Of a stretch of 64,000 nucleotides of DNA, positions 12,645 through 26,451 are shown piece after piece; position 1 is the stretch's first letter, and every line of letters begins with the position of its first letter. This DNA is from Nemertoderma westbladi (lineage: Eukaryota; Animalia; Xenacoelomorpha). The notes under the pieces are model-generated. The model was not told the origin of the DNA. It worked only from the letters and a program-made list of their open reading frames with translations, and made no database searches. Both the position numbers and the translations under genes were made by a program. The stretch is taken from positions 1 to 64,000 of the forward strand of contig JAUCBJ010008720.1 in assembly GCA_032718475.1 (NCBI GenBank), in the 5' to 3' direction.

Positions 12645-13490
12645 TTATGTGGGGGCAAGGGATCTATATTTCTTGGAGGCCTCTGTAATATCATCTGATG
12701 TGTATGTTAGGAAGTTAATACAAAGGCATTTTGAAACCATTTGCACTAGTGTAGCAAAGTCAGAAGTCGATGCTAGAACTTTCATCCCTATGCTATGACT
12801 GAATCTTAAACTCTTAAACAGTATATCGTTCTCCCACCCAGCCCGGGCAGGGTCCTTTCCATAGCCACTCTCAGTAAATATTAAATCTATTACGGTATTT
12901 GCTTGTTGGTGAATCTTTAAAATAATCACCAGATTACTCACATTGTTATGACGGGTCTCTAAATCAAGTAGTTTGCTCGCAAAAACAGATGCAGCTCTGT
13001 GGTTTGTATCTTTGCTTATGGCTGCCCATGTGCCCACCTCTCATTTGGACTACCAACATTGGTTTGTACCTTTCTACATAGTGAAACAATGTAGTAACAT
13101 GTACTCGTGTGTGTAAATAGACAGAACTTATCTCCAGAAGACGAGGATTCTTTTCGCTCCAATCCATTTGGATTACTAACGTATCATTTGGCTCTTCACA
13201 GCTTTATATTGGCATTCAAACCATTCTATAAGGAGGAGCAACTCCATGAGAATTGTTACGATCTGGTTTATTCGGAGACGTATTTTGATTGTTTGTTCTG
13301 CAAAAATATTGTTCTCATCAGTGACTTTCTCCTATGATTGGACTTTAATCTCTATATGTTTCACAATATTACAAATATCTATTTTCTCTAATACAGACTT
13401 CCCCCAGTCATCTAGTGCCATCGCATCATCAGCCCTTGAGCTTGATGGTATTAATTTAGCATTAACAAACCATCAACCATGGGCTGGGGG
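12645..13490 (-). pseudogene. Decayed DDD-type transposase fragment (Sola2-like)
   Basis: Ordered motifs IQMDWSE, EISSVY, ISKDTNHRAASVF and IFTESGYGKDPA resemble the DF(S/A)EN / EIQS / SDxxxH / HGKGxxDG pattern. Many stops and frameshifts. Superfamily assigned from memory of motifs only. Confidence 0.45.
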
Positions 13491-16400
13491 TTAATGCATT
13501 GGACGCAGAGACAAGTATCCAAATTCAAAGCCTTTGGTTGCAATATATACTAGCACCAAAGATGCGTCCGTCCAATAGAATAATGTCAAGGTCGTGTCTA
13601 ATTCCTCCTTTATTTGTTTACTCACCTCGACCGATACCACTGCTGCCTGCAACTCTGCACGAGGGACAGTCATGTATTTGATCGGCATTGTTTTTGATCT
13701 AGAAGTAACAGAGGCCGTCTCAAACTTATCCTGACTTACCTCTCGGCAAAGGAAGCCGGTGACACTTGCATCGCTGAATAGGTGGAGTTCCAAATCAGCT
13801 TGGAATACCAACAGATTCGGAAAGTAGGATCGGGGTACATCTATATCTTTCAATAGATGTAATTCCACCTCCCACTCTCTCCACTGCTTCGCATGTATTG
13901 GGGATATCGGCTCGTTACATTCTAAGTCGGACAACCAGATTTTCCTCATACATATTCGCTCTTGTAATATTACCAGACTGAAAAAGTTCATCAGGTCAAA
14001 TAGTCTGCTCATGGTCGACAAGCAGATCCTCTTAGTCAAGGTTTTGACTAAGAGGATCTGGGCTACTGGGCTCAAATCTCACCCTTACCTGGAATTTATC
14101 CGTGTTTGGGTTCCATCCGAGTCCCAGTACTCGCGCCATAGGAATGGGTTCTACAGTCTACACCCAACTTGATGTCTCCACTCCCGCGATCTTTCACCAG
14201 GAATGACTCCAATAAAGCCTCCAAATTGGTGGTAAACTTGGTCAGCGGGAACCCTCCCGTAGCCAAGCACTCCTCCTGTAGACCGTGAGCCACATCTATG
14301 GCTTCTTCTAATGTATCCTTGGACACCAACCCGTCGTCCATATAAAAGTTCCTCAAGATGGACTCGATCACGTCCACTGGATAATTTCCAATCTGGGCTG
14401 ATGCTGTTTTCTTTATGACAAACAGCATACCGTTGGGACTGTCATGGGCGCCGAATATCCTGACGTACATCTGGTACATAACTACTGGACCTGATAGGTC
14501 TTTGTTCTCGTACCAGAGAAATCTGAGGCTGTCTTGGTCCGCCTTGCAGGCTCTCACCTGGTGGAACATCGCCTCAATGTCACAAGTAAAGCCAAATCGG
14601 CATTGTCTAAAGCGTAACAGATCCCTATTAAGTAGTTATTGAGATTGGGGCCATCCATTAGTTCGGAATTGAGGGACATACCTTTATAGACTGCTGCGCA
14701 GTCATTAACCACACGAACCTTGTTTGGTTTATCGGGGTGGATCACATAATGGTGCTGGAGATAGTAGGTCTGGTCCGTCTCAAATGTCGGGGTTCTCTAC
14801 CTTCCCGGCAAATCCCTTGGTTAGATAGTTGTTAGTCTGAGTGCAATACTTCTCCCAAATATCTTGGTTCTTTAACAGCCGCGCTCTTACTCCGGTTAAT
14901 CGTTTCAAAGCTAGGTTGTAGTTATTTTCCAACTTAGGGGGTTGCCGACGCCACAACATTCCAACCTCTAAGAGTCCCATTGGTAACAGGCGTTGTGTCC
15001 TTCATCATTTTCAAAGATCTTTTCTCATCCGCGGACATAGTTAGGTCATAACCACCAGGTTCCATTGCATCCTTATCCAACCATTCGATGGTTCTGGCTC
15101 CTGTCTCGAGGTCTTGGCGTATCAATTCCTTTTGCAACTCCTCTTCACTGAATTGAAAAATGTCAAGGTCTCGATACTTTGCCATCTGACCTTCCACTAT
15201 ATTGGTATACGTCATGACGTTACTTTAATAGGTGGCGTGAGCCACTGAACCAGACCCACGGGTCTGAAAGCAGTAGTCCTCGGGTTCACTATCTGTTCGA
15301 TCGTCATAGAGTGGTTCCGATAATCTAGCATTATCAGGACTCAACTCCTCCTCTGACTCGCTAAAGTCACTGTAATGGTTGATACAGGTTCTCCTAAAAT
15401 CGTCTACATCCGGTTGTTCTTCTAACAATGACTGTGGTATAGGCTGTGAATCGTTGTATCCATCCTTCAGCTTATTGCCACCTGGAAACTCGTATGCGAT
15501 GGGTACGCGTGTATACCAACCTAGTATGGTCCTATGTGTGTGTGGCCAATTTACATATGGCTTAACTGGTCTCGTTTCCCATATTTGGTTGTTCTGCTCC
15601 AATTAACATAGACACATTTCTATAGCCTATCTGGTGTCGCGGTATCTTAAGCTTGTCGAAATACTCCTGTGCTATGGGACTCATCGGTGGCACCTTACCT
15701 AACTGCCTTCTGAATCCCTTCATAGCCAAACACTTAAACCCATCTGGTGGTAGCGCTTTCCTTTCCTGGCGAGTGTGCTCTTCTCTCGGTAGTAGGGGGA
15801 GTCTATTTCTACTGAGATCTTATGTCCCTTGACATATCCTACTCTGTGCATGGATTTCAACTCTATCTTTATTTCCTTAGCATCCTGGAAGCTAGAAACG
15901 GCCCTCACCACTTCTTCATCTATATATGATAATGTGGACGCGGTGTCCAATATTACATATGTTCTCTTCGAACCACTGTCCCCAATGAGTTTCACCGGTA
16001 TCACACTGAATATTTCTGACATGGCCGATGATAGATACGTCCTCGCGCTGGTTGACAGATCAGTGGAATTATCGGTAGTGAATCCTTGACAGGTCACCTC
16101 CCCGCGCTCACTTCCCCGTCCTCATCCAACGAACCTGGTTGATATCCATCGTCTAGGATGCTGGCGTACGTATTCTTCCTTATCGTCATGGGATCTCTGC
16201 TTCCCTTCCATTAGGAGTACTCGGATTGTATTTGTCGATCAAGTTAAATGTTACAGTCGGTTTGTCCTCGTCAAAACTCACCATTGACCTTCCAATAGCA
16301 GGCTTGGTCTCTCTCATGTTCTCTTCTGAGAAGTTCTACTTCATCTCTGCTACCGCGTCTGTAGCTATCACATCATGGATATGTTAGAGCATCAACACCT

Positions 16401-19400
16401 TGTCTTGACCCTCCAGTTTATTCTCTAATTTTCTCCACTTTTGTCAATAACCCATATTTAGGCATCTTATTATACTCTTCAAGACCTCTGCGTGATCACC
16501 ATGATGGGGTAGATTCACCATCTTTAAAATATATACGGCATTTGAAATGGAGTTGGCTAAGTTCAACAATTCCAATGGGGTCGTAATTTTTCCGCCCTTG
16601 CCCAAATCTTCCACTATCGACTGCACCATTTTGGTTTTATTCCCGTAAATGTTGCTAAGTGTCTTCATTGCTAATTCAAATGCCCTTTCAATACCGACGC
16701 AGTTATCGGCAATGGCTCTCGGCTCTCGGTGGAGCATTTGTAATATGTAATTGAATTTTTCATTGGGGGTAAAGGTACTGTCAGTCAACTGCTCATCGAC
16801 ATATGTCTTAAACGTCCTCCAATGCTTATGGTTGCCCATAAACTTCTGGGGTTGTTGCGCCGGCAATCCCTGCCTGGTGGCAAACTTACCTATGTCTCTA
16901 AGGGTGGCATCATTCCTGATCATTAAGTTGGTCATGTCTGCAGGATTGTTAAGTCTGGCCCCTTCTCAAGGGTTTATACTTACCTGCTCTGTGTTACTCC
17001 TTCTTTCCTTCCTGTTTTGGGACTTCTGACGCCTCAAATCTTCCTCTCCATCACTCGAATCGGTATGGTCCCTCTGATCTCGTATTGGTTTGTGGCCTGA
17101 AGCTCTAATCCAAGCTTCTTAAGGGATCTAGCGCATATGACATTTCCTCACGCATGACTAACTAACCTGGGAATCTCCACTGTTTCTGGATGCGTCGTCG
17201 GGCAGAGTAAGTGGCCTCTCCATCGTCGGCAGCACCTCGTCTGGCACTACTACTCCACGCTGCATCAGAAAATTTGTGACTTCTCTCTGATACCTGCGCT
17301 CCTCTTTATCTTGAGTCTCTTCTAGTTTTACTAGATCTCTTAATTCCGCATCACTCACATGATTTGCCTGTGCTTGTGAACCCCATAATAGCCAGTTTTC
17401 TGTCCTAACTCGTCGGAATCGCTCTGAGAGTTATACCCCCTTCTGAGTTCTGCTAAACCTTCCCTTTCGATACCACCAGAATCGGCTAGCATCTTCCTTA
17501 CCTTATCCGGGTTATATGTCCGGCATGTGCGCAGAGTTTCTTCTTTAACGCGACGTCTTGCTCTCTCTCACTTACCTGACTTACACTCGGTGGACTTGAG
17601 GAATTATTACGGGAACTCCGGGTACTCCTCACTGCCACTGGGACCACGGCACTGACCAGACCCACGGGTCTGGAAACCGGTCTTTGGGCTCTCGCTCCAG
17701 CTAAACTGCCCTCCTTACTACTCACCTTTGGCTGGGCTGCTGTACAATCCTTCCTTATAATAGTAGTAGGGGACCCTATTAATATTACCTCACCTTGATC
17801 TTCTTCACTGGTCACTGTCTCATCATCCTGTTCACTAACGTCAGCGTCACTCGCTGCATCGTCATAGTCGGCATGGTCATCAACAGTTATGTTGACACTG
17901 TCGTCAGTCGGCGGTCCAACCGCCGTCTCAGAGCTGTCCTCTAGTGCCTCCTTCTCTGAGACACTCATTTTTTTAAGTATATATATAGTTTTTGCCTTTC
18001 GGCTGAAATCTCGCAAAAATTCGAGATATATATATTAATTTAATCGAAATTTCGATTAAATTATTTGTCAAAATAATTCATTTGGTCTCAAAATATCAAA
18101 TATGAAATGTTAATTCACAATATAAAATATTATGAATTTAATTGTATATAGTTACAGTAAATACCAGTATAATATTTAAACAAAATGTAGCTCTACAGCA
18201 ATTATACAGCATTTAAATTCCGGTATGACACCAAAATATTTTTTGAATCCAATTCAAAAATTCAAAAAAATAAATTTGTCACCCAAAATATATCTAATTG
18301 TATATATCTAGCTCAAATCAGCCTAATTTTATTTTTAAATTTTATATATGTATCCACAGGCGCGTGACTACACCTTCAGGTCATGACACTCTCTCCTTCC
18401 TTCAACTGAGCAATCCAAAACACCATGGCCGGCTAAACCTAACCATCCTAACTAATAAACTGAGTTCAGTTTCGCAGTCAAACAACCAGTAATTTTTTGC
18501 TGCTTCCACAAATATGCTGGTACCAACAGAATAACTAACCTTGTTCGCTGTGAGATTCCACGACCGCGTCCTAGGCTTCAGTCTTGTTGCTGATTGCAAA
18601 CCAAACCCGTAGACCCACACAACAACATCAGAAGTTCCATCTCGCCATGTATCTCCAGATGGTATAAAATAATTAGGTGGTTATCCAACATACTGGTACT
18701 AAAACCCTAAATTTTATTATGTATAATTTTGGCCAAAACTGAATTCTCACAAACCTAGCTACTAATTTTGAATTTACTAATTTTACAATTTACCCTAACG
18801 GCCCAACAAATTACTGCATTCTCTACGACTAGTGAACGAAATAAATAAAGGCTTATTACTGTTAAATATGTCACCCTGAGGACAGTCTACTGTTAAAAGC
18901 ACCCCAGGGTGGTCTTTCCTTCCGATATGTTTGTATTTTTGAAACAAATTTAATCAAGCTATAACACATCAAGCTAATCGTTATAATTTATAAACCAAAC
19001 AGAAATAACCAAAGCAATAAATCTGATTTGGCTTCCTAAGCTACTTAATATGAGGGCGGGTGACTTAGCACTCGGCGTTCACTTTCCACAGAGAAATACA
19101 GGTAGTTTGCTTGGCGGAACAATGTCGAATGTGAGAATATTTTAATATGCAAAAGGTGGGGTATTAATTTCCCTAATGTCGAAACTTTGGCCTTGCACTG
19201 ATTTAATTCAGCGATATAACTACTGCGCTACCCTAGCTACCACTGTAAACCTGCTGACCCGCTACTTTCAAATAACCGCCTAGCGTCGAATATCCTAAAG
19301 TATTTCTAAACATAATCTAACCAATCTATTCTCCGCTATGCAGCGTACAAACTCTTAATTTTATTCTAAGTGCTAAAGTAAATTACAGTGTCTCGAATAC

Positions 19401-20607
19401 ACAGAGTTGCATACTAATTACTAAGTATTCCAGAATGTGTATTACTAATTAATTTTACTATTAATAATTAATTTTAATAATTAGTTATAATAGCAATAGC
19501 CTAAATACTGTATTATTTGACCTAACAGCAATTAACAAGCATAAATTAGAAATAGAAACAATCAAGAAAATAGCGCCTATCTAAACATCACAATGGAGAA
19601 TCAGGCACTTTCTAAAACAACACAACATAAAGCAGCGTTTACGACAGTAAACCACCAATACATTAACAGTGTTAGTGGCGGTTTGTAGCACTGGCGTAGC
19701 ACTAGTATAATAAGCCAAGGCCACCCAAGCTAAATGCGGTCTTCCTAGCTAAACCCATTATAACAGTGCTACAGCCAAACAATACTGAGACAAAATCTTG
19801 TTCACCAGCCCCCAAAAGCCGTAATGACGACCGGTCCCCGGTCCTCTACTTTGATTCACCAGACTACAACTACTGGCCCCTGCCAGCATTGCCGCACATT
19901 GGATCCTCCACCTCTCCTTCCGTCGCTTCCACCGTGAGCCCGCGGTGCCTACCGATACCCTTAGCCCAACATGCTAAATTGAGCAATTACTGTATCAGCG
20001 CAAGCATTAGCAAACAGTCTGACAGTTGAAAGGGAAATCTTTGATTAGGATTTTATACAATGCAAGAATAAGAAATATTCAAGAGTCAGTTCAAGCAGTA
20101 ATCGTTTATTCAAAAGTCATAAATCAAGCAACAGTAACAGCAGAAATCAGCAATTTTACAATCAAACGGAAGTACAAAATCATAAGAAGAATTATACAAA
20201 TCTCAACAAAAAAACTGTAAGAATGACGCAATGTCTAATCCATTGGTCGAACAAAATCCTACTGCTATTAGATCAACCTAAATAGCTAAACCAATGAGAG
20301 AGCCGGATTATGGCTCTTCGCCTCTCGAAATCCCTAAACCAATACCATATATGGTAATGAATCTGTCTCGGTGGGCTTATAGCTCCATTGCCGTAATATT
20401 TATTTGGCGAGTATTAAAGCATAATTTAGGCGTTAATTTAGTAACAACATTGATTTATAGAGAAATACAAATGAAATTAACACAAATACACATTAGATTC
20501 AAATGATATCAAGAAACGGCAAATTCATATTCATGTTTTATAAAAGTTTGCCACTGTAAATTAATATGCTAAGGTTTTATTATAAAAATTACGTAAGTAG
20601 GGCTACA
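13491..20607 (-). mobile_element. BEL/Pao LTR retrotransposon copy A (5' LTR, long leader, deleted gag-pol, 3'-truncated in RNase H)
   Basis: Gag PQKFMGNHKHWRTF, protease ILDTAST, RT NFYMDDGL, RNase H LHLFSDAS and TVPRAELQAA. Colinear with copy B but has internal deletions at ~16215 and ~17130. Confidence 0.93.
20027..20607 (-). repeat. 5' LTR of BEL copy A
   Basis: On the minus strand it begins TGTAGCCC and ends CCCTTTCA, immediately followed by ACTGTCAGACTG (PBS-like; the same sequence occurs in copy B at ~35772-35783). Contains CCAAT boxes. No partner LTR. Confidence 0.65.
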
Positions 20608-20948
20608 TACTGTATAAATTGGTTGAATATAAATGAACTTGCATATTTTATTTTCCCTATCTAATTACGGTTGTCAATCAATACAACTTATCTAATTATT
20701 CTATACTGTATGATGGGTTGTTTTAGTACACAACGCCATATATCGTAACACAGTAGTTTATTGAGCATAATCCTGGTAACATTATGGTCTATAAAGAATT
20801 AGCCAGACGCTTCCTAATTCCTTAGGAAGACATGATGGGTGCATTTGGTACATACAGGCTCCCACAAATTGATCACTATTACCACAATGTATTTTAATTG
20901 TACATACAGTACATTTACTAATTGATTTCATTGATTGATTGATATGAG

Positions 20949-21688
20949 ATGGCCAAGATGGACAAATTTGATACAAATGAAAACAATCGCTCAGGGGAAA
21001 AAGTGGAGCTGAAGAAGAAACTTGGTCTATTCAGTGGTATATCGCTGATTGTTGGAATTGTGATCGGATCTGGTATATTTATATCCCCAGTTGGTGTGAT
21101 AAGATACTCTGGCTCCATAGGATTATCATTAATTGTTTGGGCCATAGCTGGCGTATTCTCTGTGCTTGGTGTGCTCTCGTATACAGAACTCGCATGTGCT
21201 ATTATGAAGAGTGGTGGAGAATACTGTTACATTATGGAAGCTTATGGCCCCTTACCCGCTTTTCTATGTCTTTATATATATTTGGTGATAGCTGGCCCTG
21301 CCGGTGCTGCTATAGTATCGTTAACTTTCGCAAATTATGTCATCCAACCCTTCTTCTTTGACTGCAGTCATCCACAGGAGGCTTTGGGTTTACTCGCGGG
21401 TTTGTGTATCAGCTTCCTAAGCTTTGTTAATGCTGTTTCTGTTAAGTGGGCAGGTCGTGTACAAGTCATATTCACAGCAGCGAAACTCCTTGCTGTGTTT
21501 ATCATAATTATTCTTGGTATGTGGCAGTTGGTGATGGGTAAAACCGAACATCTGCAACCATCTACAGTGTTTGAGGGCAGCACCAGCAACATGGGAGATT
21601 TGTCCTTGGCAATATATTCTAGTCTATGGGCCTACTTTGGTTGGAATAATCTATCATTTGCTGTGGAAGAATTGAAAGACCCTTACAG
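20949..21688 (+). CDS. First coding exon of an SLC7-family heteromeric amino-acid transporter light chain (LAT / y+LAT / b0,+AT-like)
   Basis: Intact frame with LKKKLGL, IVGIVIGSGIFISP, SYTELA, KSGGEY, FFFDC (heavy-chain disulfide Cys), FTAAKLLA and WAYFGWNNLSFAVEELKDPY. Homology stops at the donor AG|GTGTGT (21688/21689); the ORF read-through to 21767 is intronic. Confidence 0.93.
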
Positions 21689-22087
21689 GTGTGTAAACTT
21701 ATTGCTAAATATGTGTTACAAGAATATGTTTACTATTACTATAATTACTATTAATCCAATAATCTAATATAAATTACAATAAAACATATATAACTGCTAT
21801 GCAACTATATAAATCAAAATAAATTATCCATTATACACATTTCCAAAAAGATGTGGGAGTTGGTTTTGTAACAGCCTTCACTTCAGCAAAGGATATGTCA
21901 CCTATGAGTACGGACTCCGACTGTTATTGTTCCACAAGGTAACCAGGCAATACCCTACCAGGTCAATGTCTAGAAGATACTATTCAAAGAGGGCTTTGAG
22001 CCATTGACGTGATCATCTGGAAATTCAGCCTTACTACTACTATCGGCATGCTGCATTCCAGCTGCATTATATATATTACATAGGTAT

Positions 22088-22530
22088 CCCGTCATTAGTT
22101 CCAATGTTCTTTAGTTCTGAATTAAAAAGTACTTTAGTTCTAAAGTTCAGTTCTCTAATCAGGCCGTCATTGTTCCAAACGCAAACGTCACTTATTCTAA
22201 TAACAAACGTCATTATTTCCAATGTACTTTAGTTAAAAGGTACTTTAGGTCTAATTCAAACGTCAGTTGTTCTAATCAGGGCGTCAGTAGTTCCAAACGC
22301 AAACGTCATTAGTTCCAATGTACTTCACATTTTTAGTACTTCATGCAATTGCCGTATCCGTATGTACATACGCTTATGTGCGTATGTAATGGATTCCTAT
22401 GGAGAATAATCCGGGGTCTAACTTTTCACCGTATCCGTATTCGTATCCGTATGCATTTGCCGTATCCGTATGTACATACGCGTAGCGTATGTACATATGT
22501 GACGGATTCCTATGGAGGATAATCCGTATG
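22088..22530. repeat. Two short degenerate tandem repeat clusters
   Basis: CGTCATTAGTTCCAATGTACTT-type units at 22088-22330, and a ~105-bp duplication rich in CCGTATCCGTATGTACATACGC at 22345-22530. Confidence 0.7.
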
Positions 22531-22944
22531 TGATTTTAGAGATTAGGCTTGCAGACCAGTAAGAAGTGCACAGCAAACTTGCAGACTGAAGACAGACAGA
22601 CCTACTTAAAAGCGATATGATTTAAAGAGTGCAGCTGCCGCTACCTAATGGCAAATAAACATTGTAGGTCCAGGATGAGTGACAGATGATGTGCTTCAGC
22701 CCCTTGATGTGCCACAGCGCTTGTTTTCTTGGACTAACTGAAACCTGGCTGCCCGATTGGACTTAGATTAATTACTGGCACCCGGTAGGACTCACTGACA
22801 TATGGTTTGACTAACTGGCACTAGGTTGGACTTGTTGGCACTTGGCTGCCTATGGTTAACTAAATACTGGTCCCGAAACAGCGAAAGTAAAGGTATATAT
22901 TATATAGAATAATGTAGTATACTATATATATGTTAATACATTCA

Positions 22945-23600
22945 CAAAGAAGAACACGTTCGTGGGGACTTCGCGCAGCACGTAGTCGGCAAGCCTTGGC
23001 ATACGGTTCATATAGAACAAATGGGGCATGTCTAGTTTGGACCCAATATCCCATGCTATAAATGTATTTATTCGATATACAATCATATGTTAATCCGCTA
23101 GGTGGTGTCAAATTGTTATTCTGCAATTTCTTACTTACCAGTGCAGCACTGTACAGCAGTACCGTACCGGTAGGCCTATGTCATTACTTCTGAGTCTCTA
23201 GCGGATCCCCAATTAAATGTCTTAACTTTTCAATTTCGTAAAAGATAGACTTCATAATTCTCTACAGGCCACCAAAATTTCAGCTCAGGAAAATGAGGCC
23301 TTCCCGAGAAATTTAACATTTTCTAAAAACCACATAATCTGTCGTAGCTGACGTCAGACTGCATGATTTTTCACCAAACTTTACAAACTTTCTAAACTTT
23401 CTCTCTACTACATACCTACTAAGTTTGGTTCAATTCCGAACCAGCGATGCAGAGAAATTCGCGTTCAAACATTTACCAGACAGACGGACAGACAGACAGA
23501 CGGACAGACAGACAGACGGACATGCCTCATTTGCCCTATATGAACCGTATGCCAAGGCTCGCCGACTACGTGTCTCGCCCCACAGACTGACACTTTTCAA
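22945..23600 (+). mobile_element. DINE/HINE-like (non-autonomous Helentron-type) element
   Basis: ~54-bp subterminal inverted repeats (22979-23032 vs 23519-23572), with a (GACA/GACG)n microsatellite just inside the right repeat. Boundaries are approximate. Confidence 0.6.
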
Positions 23601-26368
23601 TATCTGTGTGAATGTTCATTCCCTTAGCTGTTAGTGCCATAGACTGTAGCAACCAACAGAACATAACACAACACAATCCTGGATTCTATAGTCAGGTTGG
23701 GGGAAAAACAGTTCAAAAGTAAATCACGGTTGGCTGCTGGCTGCTGAGTTAGTTTTCCAAGCGGCGTCAAGAGGATAGGTACTGCACTGCTGGCGCATCC
23801 CAGGGCTGACGAGCACGGGCTGTCACTCATCCTGGACTTCACCTGCATCGTTTATTTGACAAATATGTAAATGATTTATTAAACATCTACAGATCATTTG
23901 ATAGATCAAATCTAGAGTGCGCTGGTTCAATATGGGATAAATGCTCATTTGAGCTAAAAAATAATCTTGAGTTTCTTAACGGGGGGGTAGCGCATTTTCT
24001 GACCAAAAAGACGAATTTTTGAAACATATCCTATCTGATGTAGAATTTCATGCTGAATCCAAATATGGAAACCGTTTTCCCATATCTTGCTTAGTTTTCT
24101 AGATATCTGGGATAGAAGATACTGGCTCCGATATATCGCGATATCGGTAAAGGCGATGAAGTTTGGGGTTTGCATTCAATTTCTGCAAATTTATGTGCCC
24201 AGTGGTGCCAATTGGATGTCTCCACGAGAAAGAACACAAAATTTCAATTGAGAAGGTATTTTTTTATGATTATTGGAGCTACTTGTCACTTTATAAGACA
24301 AATTCAATTCACCGGAATGAAGACAGGACTCGAATAAGCGACTTTCAAATTACTGTACATCTATAGACGGGTTCTAGAACGCGTCTATATGCAGCGTTTG
24401 GAATTGTCTTGGGTTCACTTCTAATTTTTTAAAATTTTTAATTTTCCAAACAATTTATGAAAAAATTTAATTTTGTTTTGATACCCACCAGACAAATTCT
24501 CAACGCAATTCACCACAAACCCGCTCCTATGCATTTCCGAGTATTTGCATTTGAGGAATGCATACGAAGTGAATTTGCGTTCTGACACTAATTTTGTTTT
24601 GAGGCAGAAGACAAATTATAGTCTCCTGTCTCGATGCATGTTTCTTCTAGTAACACGATATTCTGGACCAGCCTGTCCAAGGTGTGCAAACCCTGAGTTT
24701 TAAACTTCTTTTTGTTCGGACATTTGCACCTTATTTTTACAGTGATGGTGCGTACTATATTTTGTACGTCCGGGTGTACGTGCAAGATTACACCAGTCTC
24801 CCAATATTTTCTCTTGACAACTGGTACGGTTATTAGTACATAGTCTCCTCTTTGGAGGCTCCAAACTGTTTTGTACCACTTTGCTCTGGTGGATATTGTG
24901 GGAAGATAATATTCCCGCCAATATTTCCAGAATGTGTACACTATAAACTGGGTTATTTTCCAGCTTTTTCGACTATATAGGTCGGCACTATTGGGTTCTG
25001 ATGCCGGCACAAGAAACGCTGGACTCTGCATAAGCAAATGATTTGGAGTTAGTGCAACACCGCCAGGCAACATAGCTATCGGCCTTGAGTTTAGAGTATG
25101 CTCGATTTCGATGAAAGCTGTTACCAGCTCGTCATCTGTCAGTTGCTTATTCACAGGCAACGTTTTCGCTATGGCCTGTTTTATGGAGCGAACCAAACGC
25201 TCCCAACTTCCTCCTCTCCAGGGACTTTCTGGGGTATTAAACCTCCACTCCACTCTTTGCGGCAAAAGTGCTGCAAAGATTTCTCTGTTCTGCGCCGCCC
25301 TGTGAGCCGCTTTCAACTCGCTATCCCCTCCGACAAAGTTTGTACCCTTGTCAGAGAAGAATGCCTTTACTAGTCCTCTCCTGGCCATAAATCTCTTTAA
25401 GGCCAGGAGCAGAGATTTGGTTGACATGTCTGCCACACGTTCTATATGTACGGCTCTACTAGCCATGCATATCAGTAGCAGGCCCCATCTCTTGTGGATC
25501 AGCCGTCCACTCTTTGCCTCAATCGGGCCAAAGCAGTAAAACCCCCGTATTTGTGAAGGGTGGGTCATATGCCTGCACTCTCGCTTCCGGGAGTTCAGCC
25601 ATCTCCTGTTCCAATACTCTGGTGTTCACTCTCTTGCAAACCAGACAGGCGTCGTACGTAGTACCTACCGCCCTGCTTGGCTGCAACAGAATGAATCGCT
25701 GTCTCGCTGCCGACAAACAGTGTAACCTTACCGCATGATGCAGCCTCTTATGTATATCCCACAGAATCGCTTTTTGCAATTCTATTGGGTGACTAGGGAT
25801 TATCACTGGGAACCTAAACTGTGAGTTTATGTCGACAGTCTGGATTCTCGATCTATGACAAATCAAACCCTTATGGATTAATGGACTCCATTTTTTAAGG
25901 GGTTTATAGAGATTTTAAGGTTAGAGTTAGAGAGGTTTTAAAGGTTAGATTAGAGAGGTTTTAAATTAAAACATTTGAGACATTATCAAATGTGTGCCTT
26001 CCCAAAGGAATTCTATCTGTTATCGGTTCATTTGTTCTCCTAAACACTTTGTATGTTTCAAACAAAGGAACGAAACATATTGGCTTAACCACGCTGCTCT
26101 TTTACAAATTGTCAGCCAAGAGGCGGGCGAATTTAGCAATTTGTCATAAATACTACGTGGCTCTAACGCCAGCGATGGTTGTCCACGAGCCAATGGAAGT
26201 TTCGAATCCAAACCCGCAGGTTTGGAAACCGAAGGCTCCATCTTGTCGGTCATTTTCTGTCTGTCACTTACTAATTGTGACCCTTGTGTAGTCTGTAAGG
26301 GTGGTTTTATGTCATAACTTACCCTTCCAGATCTTGTAGTCACATAAGTCTCTTGGTCTGACAGGTCT

Positions 26369-26451
26369 CCAGGCCGCTCCAATGACTCTTCAGGCCGCTC
26401 CAATGACTCTTCAGGCCACTCCAATGACTCTTCAGGCCGCTCCAATGACTC
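26369..26451 (-). repeat. In-frame 21-bp tandem repeat (ESLERPE x4) in pol of B
   Basis: CAGGCCGCTCCAATGACTCTT repeated four times. Confidence 0.9.

Noticed and set aside
18402-18620. Upstream ORF shared by leaders of A and B (34177-34407)
   Set aside because: Non-ATG starts and different stops; the similarity is explained by overall nucleotide identity of the copies.
21689-21767. C-terminal 26 aa of the 272-aa SLC7 ORF as real protein
   Set aside because: Homology ends at a GT donor; the remainder is AT-rich intron read-through.
21850-22055. tRNA gene or tRNA-derived SINE on the minus strand
   Set aside because: Only weak A/B-box-like similarity; no cloverleaf, tail or TSD could be established.
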